Below, piece after piece: positions 40,401-55,600 of a DNA stretch of 64,000 nt. Numbering within the stretch: the stretch's first letter is position 1; every line of letters begins with the position of its first letter. Under the pieces are notes generated by a model, which was not told where the DNA came from, ran no database searches, and was given only the letters and a program-made list of their open reading frames with translations. A program made the position numbers and the translations under genes. The stretch is taken from the NCBI GenBank assembly GCA_043228905.1, contig JBHGNT010000001.1:30938001-31002000 (forward strand), given 5' to 3'. Origin of the DNA: Azolla caroliniana (Eukaryota > Plantae > Polypodiophyta).

Positions 40401-40959
40401 TCTAATGTATATATAATGTATAGTTTTCCTTTACATTTTGTAATCATTTGTTGCGGATATCTTCAGGACATACACACTTATATATGTTTTATCTTATGTA
40501 CCAGTTTTGACCTCTAGTAGATGTAAAATAATCTTTCTTTTCAATTGTTTTTCTTTTTCATCTCTATGAAGTAGATTAACATTTCTTTACTTTGTTGTTT
40601 TGTACGAGACAACATTAGCATTTGGGAACTTTGATAACATCTTATGGGTCAATATATGGTTTTTGTTGCTCATCTTGTTCCATGATTGACTTCTACAGAC
40701 TTCAGCAGTACAAGTGAGTCAGATATTTTATCGAAACATATGGGGAACATCAGCAACGAAGCAAGCAATAAAGCTTGCATGTAGTGCCCTTGCGCCTTGC
40801 ACTGGCCTCCATTTCGAGAACATAAACTTAATGCCAGCTACTAAAACAAAGCTAAACATCACTTCATTTTGCCAAAATTCCCAAGGCATTATAGCTGGCA
40901 TTGTCGTTCCTACTCTAGATTGCTTGGAATCCTCACAACCTACATTGAATCTCTCATAG
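37423..40959 (+). CDS. Secreted GH28 polygalacturonase with an N-terminal Gly/Asp/Tyr-rich repeat insert, 9 exons
   Basis: Signal-peptide-like [21 protein letters not shown]; [19 protein letters not shown]; all four PG motifs SPNTDGI, GDDC, CGPGHGISIGSLG and RIKT. Exons ~37423-37887, 38344-38472, 38801-38971, 39091-39111, 39226-39433, 39858-39939, 40068-40176, 40263-40382, 40699-40959. An upstream in-frame ATG at 37366 is an alternative start. Confidence 0.92.
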
Positions 40960-43204
40960 GAATGAAAACTATAGGATTAGTGAATTATTTGCATATTTCA
41001 CTATAATAGAGTCCATTGACAAACTGTAAGCTGTAAGAGTTTGTACATCAGCCTTTCTTGAAGGCTACAATTCGAATGTAACCCTTTCTTGAGGTCTACA
41101 ATTCAGTCTTAAAGAGCTGATTTTACTCCATTTTTGCCATAATATTGGCTTGGTAAACCCACAAGTGTTATGTATGTATTAAAGTGCAAAAATAATATTT
41201 GAATGCTATTTGAAGGTGTAATTTTATTTGTCATGTAAAATAAGGATGTAGCATAACAAAAATACTCTTAATGTCCCTTGTACCACTGCATGTTTGTGAA
41301 GGGGGGAAAAAAGGGAAAAAGATCATACAAGAAGCTTTTCTTGTGTGGTGGAACATATCAAGTTGTTAGGTCTACATGACCATGGAAACTACAATGTTTC
41401 TTGTGAAAACTAGGGAAGAAAGAATTGAGAGTTCTCTTGTATTCCACTTTATATCCTTAGCAGAAATAGACACCTTCTCAGATGAACAAATGGCACATCC
41501 CCTATGGGCATAAATTTATCATATCTTTGCCTTCATTTTGCTTCATTTTGAGTTTATTTTCATACCATCATAATCATCATTGCTCAAAATATTGTAATGA
41601 TGAGCTTCTACAACACATTCACATATAAAATTAAAGAGATCAAATTGCTATTTATGAATGAACAAAACCATTTCTACGGATCAATCATTTTGGTTCTAGT
41701 AGTCCAACCATTCATATATAGACCTTGAAGTTTGAACCACAAAGCATCTACCGTGTCTCAATTTGGACAAAGAAAACCTTTAGGTTTACTCAAAGATAGA
41801 ATTTTGTTTTATTGCCAAAGCAAATGCACACGTCATGAATAAAAAGCAAGGATATTTGCAAACTCAACAATTGTATTACAATAGGTAGAAGGCCTACGCT
41901 GCTGATTTTGCACAGGTGTATATCCAGATGCACCATATTGTTAGAAATATTGAGAGTCGATTAGATAGGTATATAGAGTTACAACCACATATATGGATAT
42001 ATGAAAACAAAACTTCTATTACATATGAGAGTAGCTCACAATGGTAGTTCACCCATGCACTCACACCTTGGAGCTTAGATGGGACCTAGACCAACTCACT
42101 ACAAAATTAGTGGCGACTGATGATCCATTCACCACTATGTAAGAGAGTGGATTATATTCTCTGTTTGGTCTGAGTGTAACATTAAATGTGCATGTCAATT
42201 GATAGAAGTGGAGATATTCCTTTTCTGTCAACTGACTTGTCATTTAATATGACCCAACTCCCTAGATACAAACTAGTGCTAGATAGTACTTATCTTGAAG
42301 TCAATGGCACATACTTCAAGACTAAGTACATTGTAACTTGCCCACAAAATATTCTCGTTGACTTGATTAGCCAATACTATTACCTATTTCGCTCTTTCTA
42401 AATTCATTGTGTCCTATGCATCTACGATTTCCTAGATTAACACCTTATCGACCCATATGGTCAAGTTGCACACTAGCTGCTCCTCATTTGGGGCGCTATC
42501 ACAAAATGTGCACTCTAAGAGCACATATGGGGATAGATTTACAACTTGGGGCTGATGATTGATTATATCTAACAATGCCTCATCATATTCACATAAAGTA
42601 CACAAGTATTGATAGGATTCTTTGGCTACAAAGAAATGATTAAATATACACTTACATTACAACAAGAGTCTTCATGAGACATTTAAGAATCATGTGCCTC
42701 GCATATGCTCAAATAAAATGACATCTTTCCATCAATTTTCCCCTCATAGTGTATACATCCAATTGCAAACTCAAATTAGGCCAACAAAAAGCACACCAAA
42801 ATGGTAATTAACACCTCAAAGCCCACTTACTGTAAGATGCAACAGCTTTAAGCTCATTGTCTTGGGGCAGTAAACAATATATGAGAAACATGTGGATTCA
42901 TTTACAATTGAACTAGAAAGTAGATACTCACACTTGCAAAAGGTTTGACTACTGCGAGTGAAAATCCATCATTGCAAATCTCCAGTATTATACGCCAACA
43001 AATGATGTTTAAGCCTAAGAAAGAACTTGTAGTCCTTCCTAGATTTTTCCAAAATCTGAAGTTAATAAATTTCATTGCCTTGGTAAGCTATTTAAAAATG
43101 TTATGAGGATTATATAAGGTCAAACATCTTTGCTGGCATATGGGCAAGATTACCTCTGTGATTACAGAATATTTCAATCTCTATACGGACTTGATGCCAT
43201 CCAG

Positions 43205-46200
43205 TTATGACTCTTCTTCCGATTCTTCATCCTCTGAACTTTGTTTCGCCTGAGCTGATCCTTTCTTCATATCTGCCTTTACGGGCTCTCCCTCATCATC
43301 TTCTTCACTATACTCACTCTCATAGTCTTCATCATATGCCATTTCCTCCTCTTCCTCTTCTTCAAGTCCATCATCAACCATAGCACCATCATCAACCACC
43401 ATTGACCTTGTCCCCGCTCGGCTACGCTTGCTCACTTTCAGCTTCACACTCACCTTCTTATCACAACCTATCCATGTATCTGACAGACAGAAAGCTGTGA
43501 GATTATAATTTCCTTCACTCGGTGCCTGGAACTTTACCACAACAAGCCTGGACCCGGATTTTACTCGAGAAACAGCTTCTTTCACAGCCAGATTCACTTC
43601 TTTATCACCAGCACCAGTACCTTCCATCAACTCTTGCACTGACTTAGAGGCAGCTATTATACCTGCCGTTTCATCCAAAAATGAAACTCGTTGAGAAACC
43701 CATATGAAGTTTTTGCTAGTATCAGCTAGAAGCAACCAATATGTTTCATCTTTATGATATGGGAAGTACGGTGCATGTGGGTGTCCCACTATAAGTCCAT
43801 TGCCTCTTTTCAATGAGACCCAAGCTCTCATGGTTACAATGTCGCCTTGTTGAATACCTTCTTCGCCCTCAGTCTCACAATTAACATCCAGCGATATCAC
43901 TGGCATCATCTGTAAGACTACTTCTACATCAGCTGCCTCCTGATCTGTGAAGTCCCCTTTAGAGATGAGTAGCTCCCTACGCTCCGCCACACTGAGGTCT
44001 CGCAACTCTTGCAAAGTTCTCACTTTCTGCAAGAAATATTAGCTTTTATCCCCCTAACAAAGACGACAAACATCCACACTTCTGCAATACATGCTATATC
44101 CTATTAAAGACAACAAAATCTAGCAGGGAAAAAAGTTCCTACTTTCTTTGCATGTATCAGAGCCCTTTTTAGAGCCTAAAACCATACGGGAATGGAAAGA
44201 GGCTTACCTTGCGTCCAATCTTCTTTACAACCTGTTCAGAGAAGTGTGGGAGTTGCAAAAATGAGGCTATTCCCTCTCCACTGCCAACTGCACGATCAGA
44301 AATCTTCCTTGCACTCAATGGTACAGCCTGAAAAAAAATACATGTTAATGTGTCTACAAACCATTATATGTGCATCCACAACATTAATTACGACTGAATA
44401 TTAATGATTGAAGTAGCATCATTTGCCATGCTACTCAGCTTCCAAGTATTCTCCACGGTCCCAGAGGAACAAGATCTGTATAACCAAGGGAAGGGTGAAC
44501 CCCACAGACTAAAGGGAGGGAGGATAAGGATGTGTGAGAATTCGTGCATACAATCATGGGGAGAAGCAGTAGAAGTGAATTGAGGATTACCACATTAATT
44601 GGTGGAAGTAGTGGTTTTGGCATTAAAGGATAAAACATTCAAACTGACAACTGGCAGAGGTCTCCTTGCTATCATATCATCATGGAAGAACTAGACCTCA
44701 GAGAGCCTATAAAGGAAAGAGAGTCAGTTTGCAACCGAATTCATGCTGAAATACAGCATGAACCTCCTGTAGTTAGGGTAAGACATGGTGCATTGAGCAT
44801 AATAAAGCATGTTTTTATCTGACCTTATCCTCCTGTATCTGTGAACAGAGAGGATTGTGTAGGAGGGTTCCCTGAGGGGAGCTGCAAATTCGTGCTTGTG
44901 TTAAGAAAATTAGAGAGAGAGGGAGAGTCATTTAACTCCAACTGAAATTGGCAGGCAGCCTGTTATTGGTGTATGCCTTTTAGGACTTTATTTGTTGACC
45001 GTAGTCATTTGTACTTAATTACTCTTACTTTTGAAGATTCTAGCAAAAGCCCCACGATATCAATTGAAATATTCAACCTGAAACCAACTCCTTCACCTGA
45101 ATAATATTTTGAGAAAGTTCCATAACCCCTAGTGCAGGGCAGAGCCAGCCATATCCCTCTGCATTCCTTGCGGCAACAGCCATCTGTTGATAGCAAGTAT
45201 TTGATATCTTAAATGCAAATGATAAGCAATTCCACATGCAAAAAGGAAGGAAAAGTAAGAGAAATACTCCAATTTATACAAATTAATTAACCTTCATTAA
45301 TTCCTCTAGCAACCGTGGGGCTAACCGAAGAATATGTAAAAAATCTGCCTGAAGAGCAACGGGTACACTTGATGCCTCCCTACTTAATTGAGCCAATAAC
45401 AAAAGCTCCGTCTGCAGTCACATCATCAGTCAACCATGCTTAACGTATTAAAGACCAACAGAGATGTGTAATCAATAATAGCATTTGAATACCAAATCTA
45501 ACTAAATCAGCAGATTAAAACAAAAAGCTGAGAGCTCTTTTGTGATGTGAATGTAAGTTTGGTCTCTGCTCTTTCCTATATTCAGGTTTGATACTGCACA
45601 GGCTCTAACATGGAGTCTCAAAATGGTCCAAGGATCACGCACTCATTACAAAGAAGCTCTACCATGTGCCTATAATTAATTTACTAAAAATGTCGTATCA
45701 TTGATTGTATTCTCAATGATTTTCAGTATTGCCTGGCATGTCTCCTATAGTATCATTAGATTAACAGCATATAGAAAAAACTAAATATTTTACGACCAGA
45801 TAATTAACTGCAAGAACTAATTATTATGCATATACTGAGACAATACAGGTAAAGTAACTCTAGAAGACACAAGTTTGCATAATTAAAACAATGCTTACAT
45901 CTTCTAAGAGTTTTATTCAAGTTACTACCTTCACAAGTGCAGGATGCTGCTTCCAAAACTTTGCTTGGTCTTGCTTCAAGCTTTTTGGGTTGAGATTCAG
46001 CTCACTCCGAACCACCACAAAAAGCTTTTGTAAAGGTTCTTCATCGCTACGCCGAACTGGAATCTCAATATACTCTGCTGCCTTAATAAAAACGTCCATC
46101 ACTTTACTGCACATATAAATCCTTAATAAGAGAATATCCTCTTAGAGTACAAAATCTAAATTAAGAAACTATCCTGGTGATGCAGAACGTCATTAAGTGT

Positions 46201-49200
46201 GTTTATACAATAATATAAAAAACGTTTGTCTCCCATCCAAGGTTAGCATGATGAATGGTGGTTGAAGATTAATATCAGTGCTGTAAGGTCCAAATGCCTC
46301 AAAAACTTAATCTTAAAACATAATAGAAACCAGCCTGTGATGGGTGATTAGCATCCTCTGGTCAAGATTCCAAATATTTTATTTTCTATCAGCATTGAAG
46401 AAAGATTCTGCATATGTCCATGAAAGATGAATCACATTTACAAAGCACATAATAGCACTGACAAGTCAAATACAAATGAAAGTATATATCAATCGATATA
46501 CTCTTATTACGTACAACGTTTAAGGCCTTAAGACACTAAGTTGAGCTAAAACAAGAAAGTACATAAAGTCTTTATGCTAGAATGTAAGGTCTTGTTTAAA
46601 TTCCATTAGAATTGATTGATACTGGAAAACAATTTTCAATCTACATAATGCTGCATGCAATGAGGTGAAATGGCCAAGACGCAATGAAATATGTTGGCAT
46701 TTCCAAGGTTTTACAGAGCATATGCATCTGAACTTGGTCTAATTTTCACCATAACCCATACTGGGCCCTTCCAATTATGTGTTTTCATGGGAATCAAGTG
46801 TCCCCAGGAAAAATATTGGGGTTATCTTTTTGTAATGCTCCATATATGTTTTATGAAATGTATGAATAACTTAGCGTCTGCATTTTTAATGTCATCAAAG
46901 ATATCAAAGAATAAACAATGGCATTGGTCTCTCTACCTGTAGAATAGTGTTTTTTTTCATGTGTATATCCACAGATACGTATACAGATGATAACTAGATA
47001 AAAACACCCTTATAGGACCAGAAAATTCAGGTCTGAGGTGATTATAAAATGATAAATATTAAAGTGTTAAAAAAATGCATGTAAAATTACAAAATATGAG
47101 ACTTTGGATTAAGTGAGTAGGTTAGTATAGATTTATTTTAAAGTGGATATCATGAGAGGGCAAATAGAAGACTGGTTTTTATTTGTACCTTGAAGCAAGT
47201 GAAGGCTTGAGAAGATGGTAGTAACTATATAAAGTGTGATGCATCACATAGTTTCCTGTATATTTTGAGGACCGTGAAAGATAAACCACAGCTGCCAAAA
47301 GAGGAAGCAAGATGCCCACACCCACCAAACCAAGTAAGAGAATTCCAGAAGCAGGCCCTCCATTTTTATTAAGTAAGAACGAAGGAAGTGCAATGCCCAT
47401 TTGCAAACCCTGGAATAGAGAAGGATAAATCTTTATCAACCCATGTTTTAAATTTAAATAAATTTGAGTAGAACTTGCTACTTCTATCCAGACAAATCAC
47501 TACATATAACATATGCAAAAAATGGCCACTAGTCATGACGAGAAAAAAACCTGTTTGCCATCAGGATGACCATACTTCTCATAGTTCTCCCTTGAAACGG
47601 CATCAGTAAGAGCTTGATAAGCTTTAGAAATGAACTCCACAAAATATTGGTTTGCCTCTATAGAAGTAAAAAACAAAATCAATACATATTAACCAAAATC
47701 CCATTTAGTATATCTTCTGTTGAACACAAAAGAGCCTAGCCTGGATCTGGATTTTTGTCTGGATGATACTGAATGGACAACTTTCTGTATGCTTTTTTTA
47801 TCTCTCCATCAGTTGCACCCGGCTCTAGACCCAAGATTGAAAAAGGCTCAAAAGGCTGAATCTGTTTCACCAACCCAGGAACATACATGATAATTAATTT
47901 GAGAAAAAACATACTATGTTGATAATCATAACTCTTGCAATCTGAATTCATAAGGCCACCTCATTTACCAGTGATAAATATTCCTACCACCCAGTCAAGA
48001 ATAGGCTCAAGAAGACAAAATAGATGACAATTATCTCATTAGAACTCTGCCTTAGAGGCCATTGATCATAAAGTGGTACAGACTTTATTTTAGTGTTTTA
48101 ATCTTTCCTGCCCATTCATATATTATTATATATTCACATATGGATCTGAAATGGATAAAGGACATTGGATACTAGCATGAACCCTGATGAGGACATCCAA
48201 AAGCAATGACCAAAAGGTAGAGAGAACAAGGATGAGGTACTATTCATACTTCTCCCTATTCAAGACCAAGGTAGCTTCTTCACTTGACACTAGATTACTT
48301 TATAATTCATTTGCAAGTTTTTATACTTTTTCATTTTTTATGGATGAAATAATCACATGAAATTATGAGTGTAACCTTTTCGGTCTCATCGGGCAGTTAA
48401 GCCTCTTTAAAGAGTAATCATTTTGTTTTCCTCTCCCTTTCTTTCTTCATAGATAACTTAGACATCTTTACACTCTTTCATGATAATCAGTTTTACTGCC
48501 AGACATTATTGCTAGCCTAACAACCTTATTTTGAGGTCATTCTTGGACCCAGCCCAATTAGGGTGTTCAAGATTAATCATGAGAGACATCCACTCTCCCT
48601 TTTATTTTAAAGTTCCAATGTTTGAAATAAAACTTCTTTTACATCTTTGCATTAGGCTAGTACGTTGTTCCTTATTTTAGTCTTTCCTATATATATTAGT
48701 AATGAATGTCTACGTGAGTCAATGCACTTGTATCTTTTCAAATGTACTCTTTTAACTTTACAATTACTTCACTCCCAACTTTTCTCACAATCTCAATTTA
48801 ATGTAATAGCTATAAATGTCTTCATTTTTCTCTTCTTCCTCTTCTACAAAAGAATCATAAAAGTAAGATTCTCTCATCCGGTTGGGTTGTTGACATAAGG
48901 AAATGGTTTAGAAGATGGGGTGTGGATGATCTTTTAGAGCTTTCGGGCAATGCTATGCAGTATGTAATGATTGAGGAAATGTTGGTGGAATCATTAAGGA
49001 TGAAGTGGGAAGATGCTAAGAGGACAAAGCTAGAATACTACATTACAAATGTCAACACTGAATGTTGGTCTCAATATAAAGCAAGAATGTCTATTGTTTG
49101 TTTCCAACCTTATCTCATTACCAATATGAGTAGTAATGCTCGTAGAGCCCTTACACTACTTCGCACTCGATCTCACAAGTTAGATATTGAAGTTGCATCA

Positions 49201-51373
49201 TGGTATCAAAATGTAACGAATTTGAAGACATGTAAAGTATGCAATGAAGGCATGGTAGAGGATGAATGTCACTTGCTCTTCACATGCTCGATATATAGTG
49301 CAATTCGTTGAAGATATGTTGACATACTAAGAGGGAGTGATAACTTAAGTGCCATACTTAAGACACCAGCTAGAAGGTTGAGCTCATATGTGTATGCTTT
49401 ATTCACACATAGAGACTTTGTGCTTCAATGTATGAATACCCCTTCTTAGGAAGGAGACACGTATCAAGAACAAAAGTATACTCTGGTCCCATAGGTCAAA
49501 ATTGGCCTCTTTATGAACAATAAAAATTCTAATTCTAATTCTAATACAGATAACTTTATCTTTATTTGAACTCCAGTTGGTTAGTGTTGTATTTCAATCA
49601 TGATTAATTCTCTTACTATCCATTTAACGGCTCTGAATCAGGTTCTCTAATCAAATAATTATTAATTCCGGTTTAGGATTTGATTATATATTAGTTTAAT
49701 TGAACTAATATTTATATATATATCAACATATGACTTGCTTTATTAATTGCTGTTCTAGAATATAATGACGTTCTCATAATATGTGAACCCAATAATCTTA
49801 ATATTACATAACTTATGACTTGTTTTATTTTGTTTTAATGTTCTTAAATCATATTGTAGAACATGATTATCTTGTAAGTTAAGGTATGTACTTCATTGAT
49901 TTGCAGATGTCTTTCATTTTAACCTATTAAACACTCAACTTTAAATTCCCAAGTCTAAATCACGATCTCAAACTTTAAGATATTCTTGTATAAGGGTTTT
50001 CTGAAGTTTAATACAGATAAATTTTAATATACATGACAATTACTCCAAACAAAATCTGGTGTTTGTATATCTATAAATTCCAAGGTCTTTCAAAAAATAT
50101 TCTCCACCTTTAGAATCATTTTTGGTGAAAAATTCTTCAACATACAACTAACTCACTACCTAAAAATGATCAAGTATTTACTTACAATCTATCTAGAATG
50201 AAAGTCACTGCATTTGTCATTGATGTCCACTGCTCGGACATCAATAACAAGTTCAGTTGCATGCCTTCTAATTTCAAACTTATTTTCAATTGAACTAACA
50301 ATGTTTTCAACAATCTTGATAGTGGCAGGTCATCCCTTTACTGGTGATGGGTTTTCTGTATTGCTTGGAATGATGATTTCCTCACGATACGGAATGCAAA
50401 TATTGTTTTGAATGTCCGTTTCATAAGAAAACTCTGTTAAGCTTTTAAATTTTCCTTTATTCGTTAGCTATTAAGCCAACAACAAACTTGGCTTCACTAC
50501 TTCTAGATGGTTTATTTTCAGTACCTTATAGGGCACTTACTATTATGAATTCTACCTTGTTTGGACTCCTACTTTATGGGTAAATCTCCTCAACTATACT
50601 GCAACCTATAACTCATGCCTTAGCCTCCAGATTACTAGTTTCCATTCCATAATTGACTTTTAGTTTTATTCTATCTAGACTGCAAGGAGCTTCTACATTA
50701 CTAGCACACACCCATGTATTTATTTATGTATGTATTCAGAGAGAGAAAGAGAGATGTGCTCGTACATATATGTGTATGAAGAAAAATGTGCACGTGGATA
50801 CCACTACGTATATATGAGTACTTTTGAATGTGTATATATAATAGATAAAACATATAATATATAGTGAAATATATCTGTTTTCATGGCAGATGTGTGTATA
50901 TACACACACATACACACACATACTTACCTACTCATTCAGCTTGAACCAAAATCATGATTTTAGTTTTATAGTTAGGATTCACAGTACCTCTTTTGTCATC
51001 AGTTTGATGTAGTAAACCAAGAATGCAATGATCACCCACATGAATATTAATGTCACATTGCTACAACTCGAGAGATTCACGACCTATGAATTCCAAAAGA
51101 AAGACAAACTTGCTACATGAGAAAAAAGAAAAAGACAGAACATACACGAAATAATTGAAGAAAAAAGAAACACCTGAAAGTAAATACCTTGCCAACAAAG
51201 GAGGTTCTATATTTGGTAGATCTTGTGCAAATAGAACACATACAATGAATTATCTTCTTCTTATTTTCCACAACTTTAGAAAAATGATATATGGTCCAAG
51301 GTATAACAAAAAGACCCAAAACTGATAAAATAAATATAGGGAAGAGAGAGCTCATTTCTTCAGAAGTAGCCAT
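43205..51373 (-). CDS. SEC63: SEC63/ERdj2 translocon J-domain protein, ~10 coding exons
   Basis: [18 protein letters not shown]-terminus, J-domain [34 protein letters not shown], Sec63 domain LQLPHF and [10 protein letters not shown], acidic C-terminal tail. One intron (47658-47740) is GC-AG. Confidence 0.95.
48900..49545 (+). mobile_element. 5'-truncated RTE/RTE-X-like LINE 3' end in SEC63 intron 2, antisense to the host gene
   Basis: [18 protein letters not shown]...[19 protein letters not shown], 3' hairpin at 49484-49509, AATAAA and (TAATTC)n tail. Confidence 0.75.
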
Positions 51374-52612
51374 AGCTTTCTAACTGAAAAAAAGAAAAAG
51401 AAAAAATCAATACTAAATAAAAATATCACAAAGTTAAATAATACAAATTAAAAATTTCAGAAATTTAGATTACGAATATCACAAAATTGGATTTTACGAA
51501 ATAAAAACATTACTCTTACAAAACAAAAATATCACAAAAGAAGATCATATAATCAAATAAAAAAGTATAATAAAATTAGTCCATTGATACACTCAAATTG
51601 TCAGTTGAGTTCTTAAATCGTCTATAGATTGATCTGTCCTATTTAAATCATCTCTTGGAACCGGAGGATTAGATGTGAAAAATAGAACGAACCACATACC
51701 TGATTGTGAGATCTGAATTTCCTGGCTCCCTCCCTCTCTCTGTCTGTGTGTAGCTATGGAAGCACACAGAGAATTTCCATGTTTCGCAACTCTTTTAGCA
51801 GTAACAACGAAAGTATTTCATATGGACAACAAAATGGGCGCTTTCACATCTGTCAAACCATTAATGACTCCGGTGTTTCTCATAATGTATCAAAACCTCT
51901 TAATGTATCAATGTTGCTGCTCTATTGTTCTCGGAGTGTCTCCCGTAGTAGTGTTGCGTGGTGTTTCTTGTGTTTCATAATCCGATTGGGCTCACCACCT
52001 CATTTGAACGAATTCGGATTTCTACAAGCGTTTTGTAGTTTTTTGCATCATATGATTGGCTTGCAAGATTCATCATGTCAGGTGTTTCTTCTCGTTATGT
52101 TCTCTTCTACACCATTTGTTTGAGCATTATTTGAGCTTATCTTGGACTCACAACAATTGAATACTTTTACTCCTTGGACGAGGTGTTGAATACAACAATT
52201 GAGCTCTCAATCCCTGAACCCACGACTTCTTGCATAATGAAACCTTTGTCCGAGAATCACATTAGCTTTGTGTTTTGATGTGTGATTTGAAACCATATAT
52301 CAAGTGTTTCTAGTTTTTTTTTATCCATCTTGACTTTTCGTTTGCTCTTTAAAGGCTTTTCATTCTACTTTTCCTCTACATCTTAATCTTTGTTTGATCT
52401 CTAACCACTTTTTGTTTTTTGTTCTCTATAACAAGCACATTAAGGTCTTGCACTATGACTTTTATTGTTAAACTTTATTCTCTAAAGTCACAAATTTGAG
52501 GGTGGGCATTCAGTGGACTTTAAATGTTACGTTTCTGGCAACACCAAACACAAAATTGCTCAGCATCAATAGGCTCACTGTAAAGAATCGGGTGTGATTT
52601 TGTGTAGCGGAA

Positions 52613-52615
<3 letters not shown>

Positions 52616-52680
<65 letters not shown>
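52616..52680. repeat. Compound (GT)n(GA)n microsatellite at the LINE 3' end
   Basis: Directly visible. Confidence 0.95.
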
Positions 52681-52684
<4 letters not shown>

Positions 52685-55600
52685 ATTATCGTCTTCGGAG
52701 GTCAAATATAATCTATGAGACCAAGAATATTACATTTCACGTGATACGTGTGAAAGTGAGTAGTGACTCTCGATGTTCAAGAACTTTACCAATGAATGTT
52801 GCAATCGAGAGTGCAAATTGTGGTTGTGAGAGAAATTCATGCAAGGATTGGGCTTGGTCGAAGAGATGTGGAAAGCATGGTCGAATATGATCAAAGGCAG
52901 AGCATTGTATCAAAGTGTGATAATCAGACTCGCGAACTTGTTTAGGGCAAAGTGTGCATAGCCGACCACTCTCATCACTTGTGCCCCAACGCCCTGTCTC
53001 ACATCGCAATGCGTGTGAGCTAAGTTGCATGGAAGCAATGGTTCGAATGGCAGATAACAGGACGGGCTCTAACATGTATTGATGTGTACGATTTCCCCGT
53101 TCCGCAATATGGTTTTGTAGTTAGGTGCAACATGTGTAGTATAATGTGAAGTGTGAGCCTCCACATTTGTCCCATGTCGTGATACATTGGCGTTGCAAAA
53201 AGGCCTCATTTATAGAAGAATCTAGTGATGCATCATGAACCAAGTGTCTTGCATCCCATCTACCAAACCATTTTTCTATATCTTGCATCCAATTGGAATA
53301 GAAAATTTTGCTTTTATGCGTCTTTTGGATCTTTTTGCTTGCGTCCCATGCAATTGTAGGAAGTCGATGTGAGGGACTTTTGTGAACCTTAAGCATGTAT
53401 TCAACAACCCTTTCCATGGCCGTGATCTCAATGGGAAGTGATCCCATCTCAAAGAGGAGGAGGGTGTAGGGCGTTTGTTTCTTAACTTGTAGAAACTTTG
53501 TAAGAAAATGTTTTTGGACATTTTCAAACTCTTTCCATGTAGATTTAGGGATGCTAACGCCCCATACTTCCACCCCATAGAGAAGAACCGTTGTCACGAA
53601 AGTGTCAAAAAGATATTTCTTGAGGACCCAACACTTAATATCTCCAAGATTGCATGTGTTCTCAAATGCATAATATGCTCGCTTACCCATCTCTAGGCGG
53701 TGTGTAGCACATTCATTCCATTTGTGATTTAAAGGAACTTCAAGACCAAGATATTTGAAGCTTTCCACACATTCAAGTGGTTCATTGTTGTACATAATGC
53801 ATGATTTATCTCTTTTTTTGGCTCTTCACAAGCATAATCGTTATGTTAGAGCTATTGACACTTAATTTACTATGCATGCAAATTTTTTCCAATGCCTTCA
53901 TAAGCTTTCGTGTATCTCCTAATGTATTTGCAAAAAGCACTACTCATCTGCATATAGCAAAAGCATAATCACAACATTCCCAATGGCAACTTCTTTAACA
54001 CATTCTTCCTTTGCAAACTTGGTAACCATTTCTTCCAATTCATCAATGCATAGACCAAATAGTGTTGGTGAGAGTGAGCATCCTTGCTTAACACCAATAG
54101 TGCTATTGAACAATCTGAAATATTATCTCTCATACGCACACAACATATAACCTTCTCATAAATTCGGGAAAGTGCAACCATATATTCTCCTCCAAATATG
54201 CTCACGAGGTACCATATCAAAAGCTTTCTTGAAGTCTAGAAAGCAACAATATAAACCTTTACCTTTAAGGCGACTTTCCTCCATTAATACTCGAAGGGTG
54301 ACAAGGTGATCAATGGTGCTATGGTGTTTTCGAAAGACAACTTGTCCATAAGCTCTCTTACCATTTTTTTCAGCCCATACACTTATCTTTGATTCCATTA
54401 TACATCCAAATAGTTTTGCCATTAATGAGCCAACCATGATGGTTTAATAGTTGTTTACATTATTTACATATCCACCTTTATGTAAAGGTTTGATCGAATT
54501 TTTAGTCCAATCATACAACATACCATGTTGCAATGCATCATTAAACATGTCGTTTATCCATACATATGCTTCCTTTCCCGTCCATTTGAGCATTTCAGCC
54601 TTTATACATTGAAGATCGCTTGCCTTTCGAGAGGCCAATTTCTTAAGTCCTATGCATATATCTTCAATCGTAAAGAAGGGAGACATATGTGAAATAGAAC
54701 CATAACACATCATCTTTCTGGCAAAGAGATAACTCATATAAATTCTTACAATGCATAGACAAGTCGTGAAGAGTTAAGTCACCATAACTCTCAACACGTT
54801 TCCCCTTTAGATTTCCCCAAAATTTAGCACATGCATGTGCTTTCTCTTGCGTTTGGATAAATTGTTGAGTAACTTCCCATATTCTTCTCTTTCTTTGAAT
54901 AAGCCTTTTATACTCATGCAAATGCTTTTGGCAATTCTCTTTATCCTTAACTACATCCAAAACCACAAGGCACTTTCGAGCTTCACGACATTCTTTATCA
55001 AACCATTTTTTCCTAAGTTTCTTGGTGCATTTCCAAGATGTGCGGTTGGTCGAAAAACATTTGTTTGTACAAGAGAGAATGACTTTCTTGAAAGCTTCCC
55101 ATTTGCATTTTAGTGTGGCACCATGTTGTATCTCTGTCATTTGTAACATATCCTCAACCATCTTGGAATACATGGGCGCTCGCTTAAGGTTCATGCTCAA
55201 GTGCGATTGTTTACTTCAATTGCCTTCTCACAATCAAACCTATGCATACATTTGAGATCAATACATAAAGGCCTATGATCGGATTCCGGTGTCCATTTAC
55301 CAAGTGAGAATTTATGTATACGATCCAAAATACCTTCAGAAAGTAGTACATAGTTAATCACACTATTTTCATTGTGTTTTCTACATGTAAAACCATTAGT
55401 GTTGGCCCATAAGGAAATACTATTTGCAATAAGCAATCCGGTACTATTGCACATTTGTAGGAGTAACTTCCCAAATTGGTCTGAATCTTTTACATTGCTA
55501 GAAGAGCAGTTATACATTTGTGTATCCTTTTGCATCCTTGAGATATGTGGCATGAAAGATTCTTGTGAATCAAGTTGGAAACTTCTTGTATGAGCATTCA

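Noticed and set aside
42060-42503. Possible degenerate solo LTR (TCACACC...GGGGCGCTATCACA)
   Set aside because: Termini imperfect and no TSD found
44430-44690. C-box-like ATGATGA in a SEC63 intron (possible snoRNA)
   Set aside because: The nearest D box is too distant, and no terminal stem or rRNA guide was recognised
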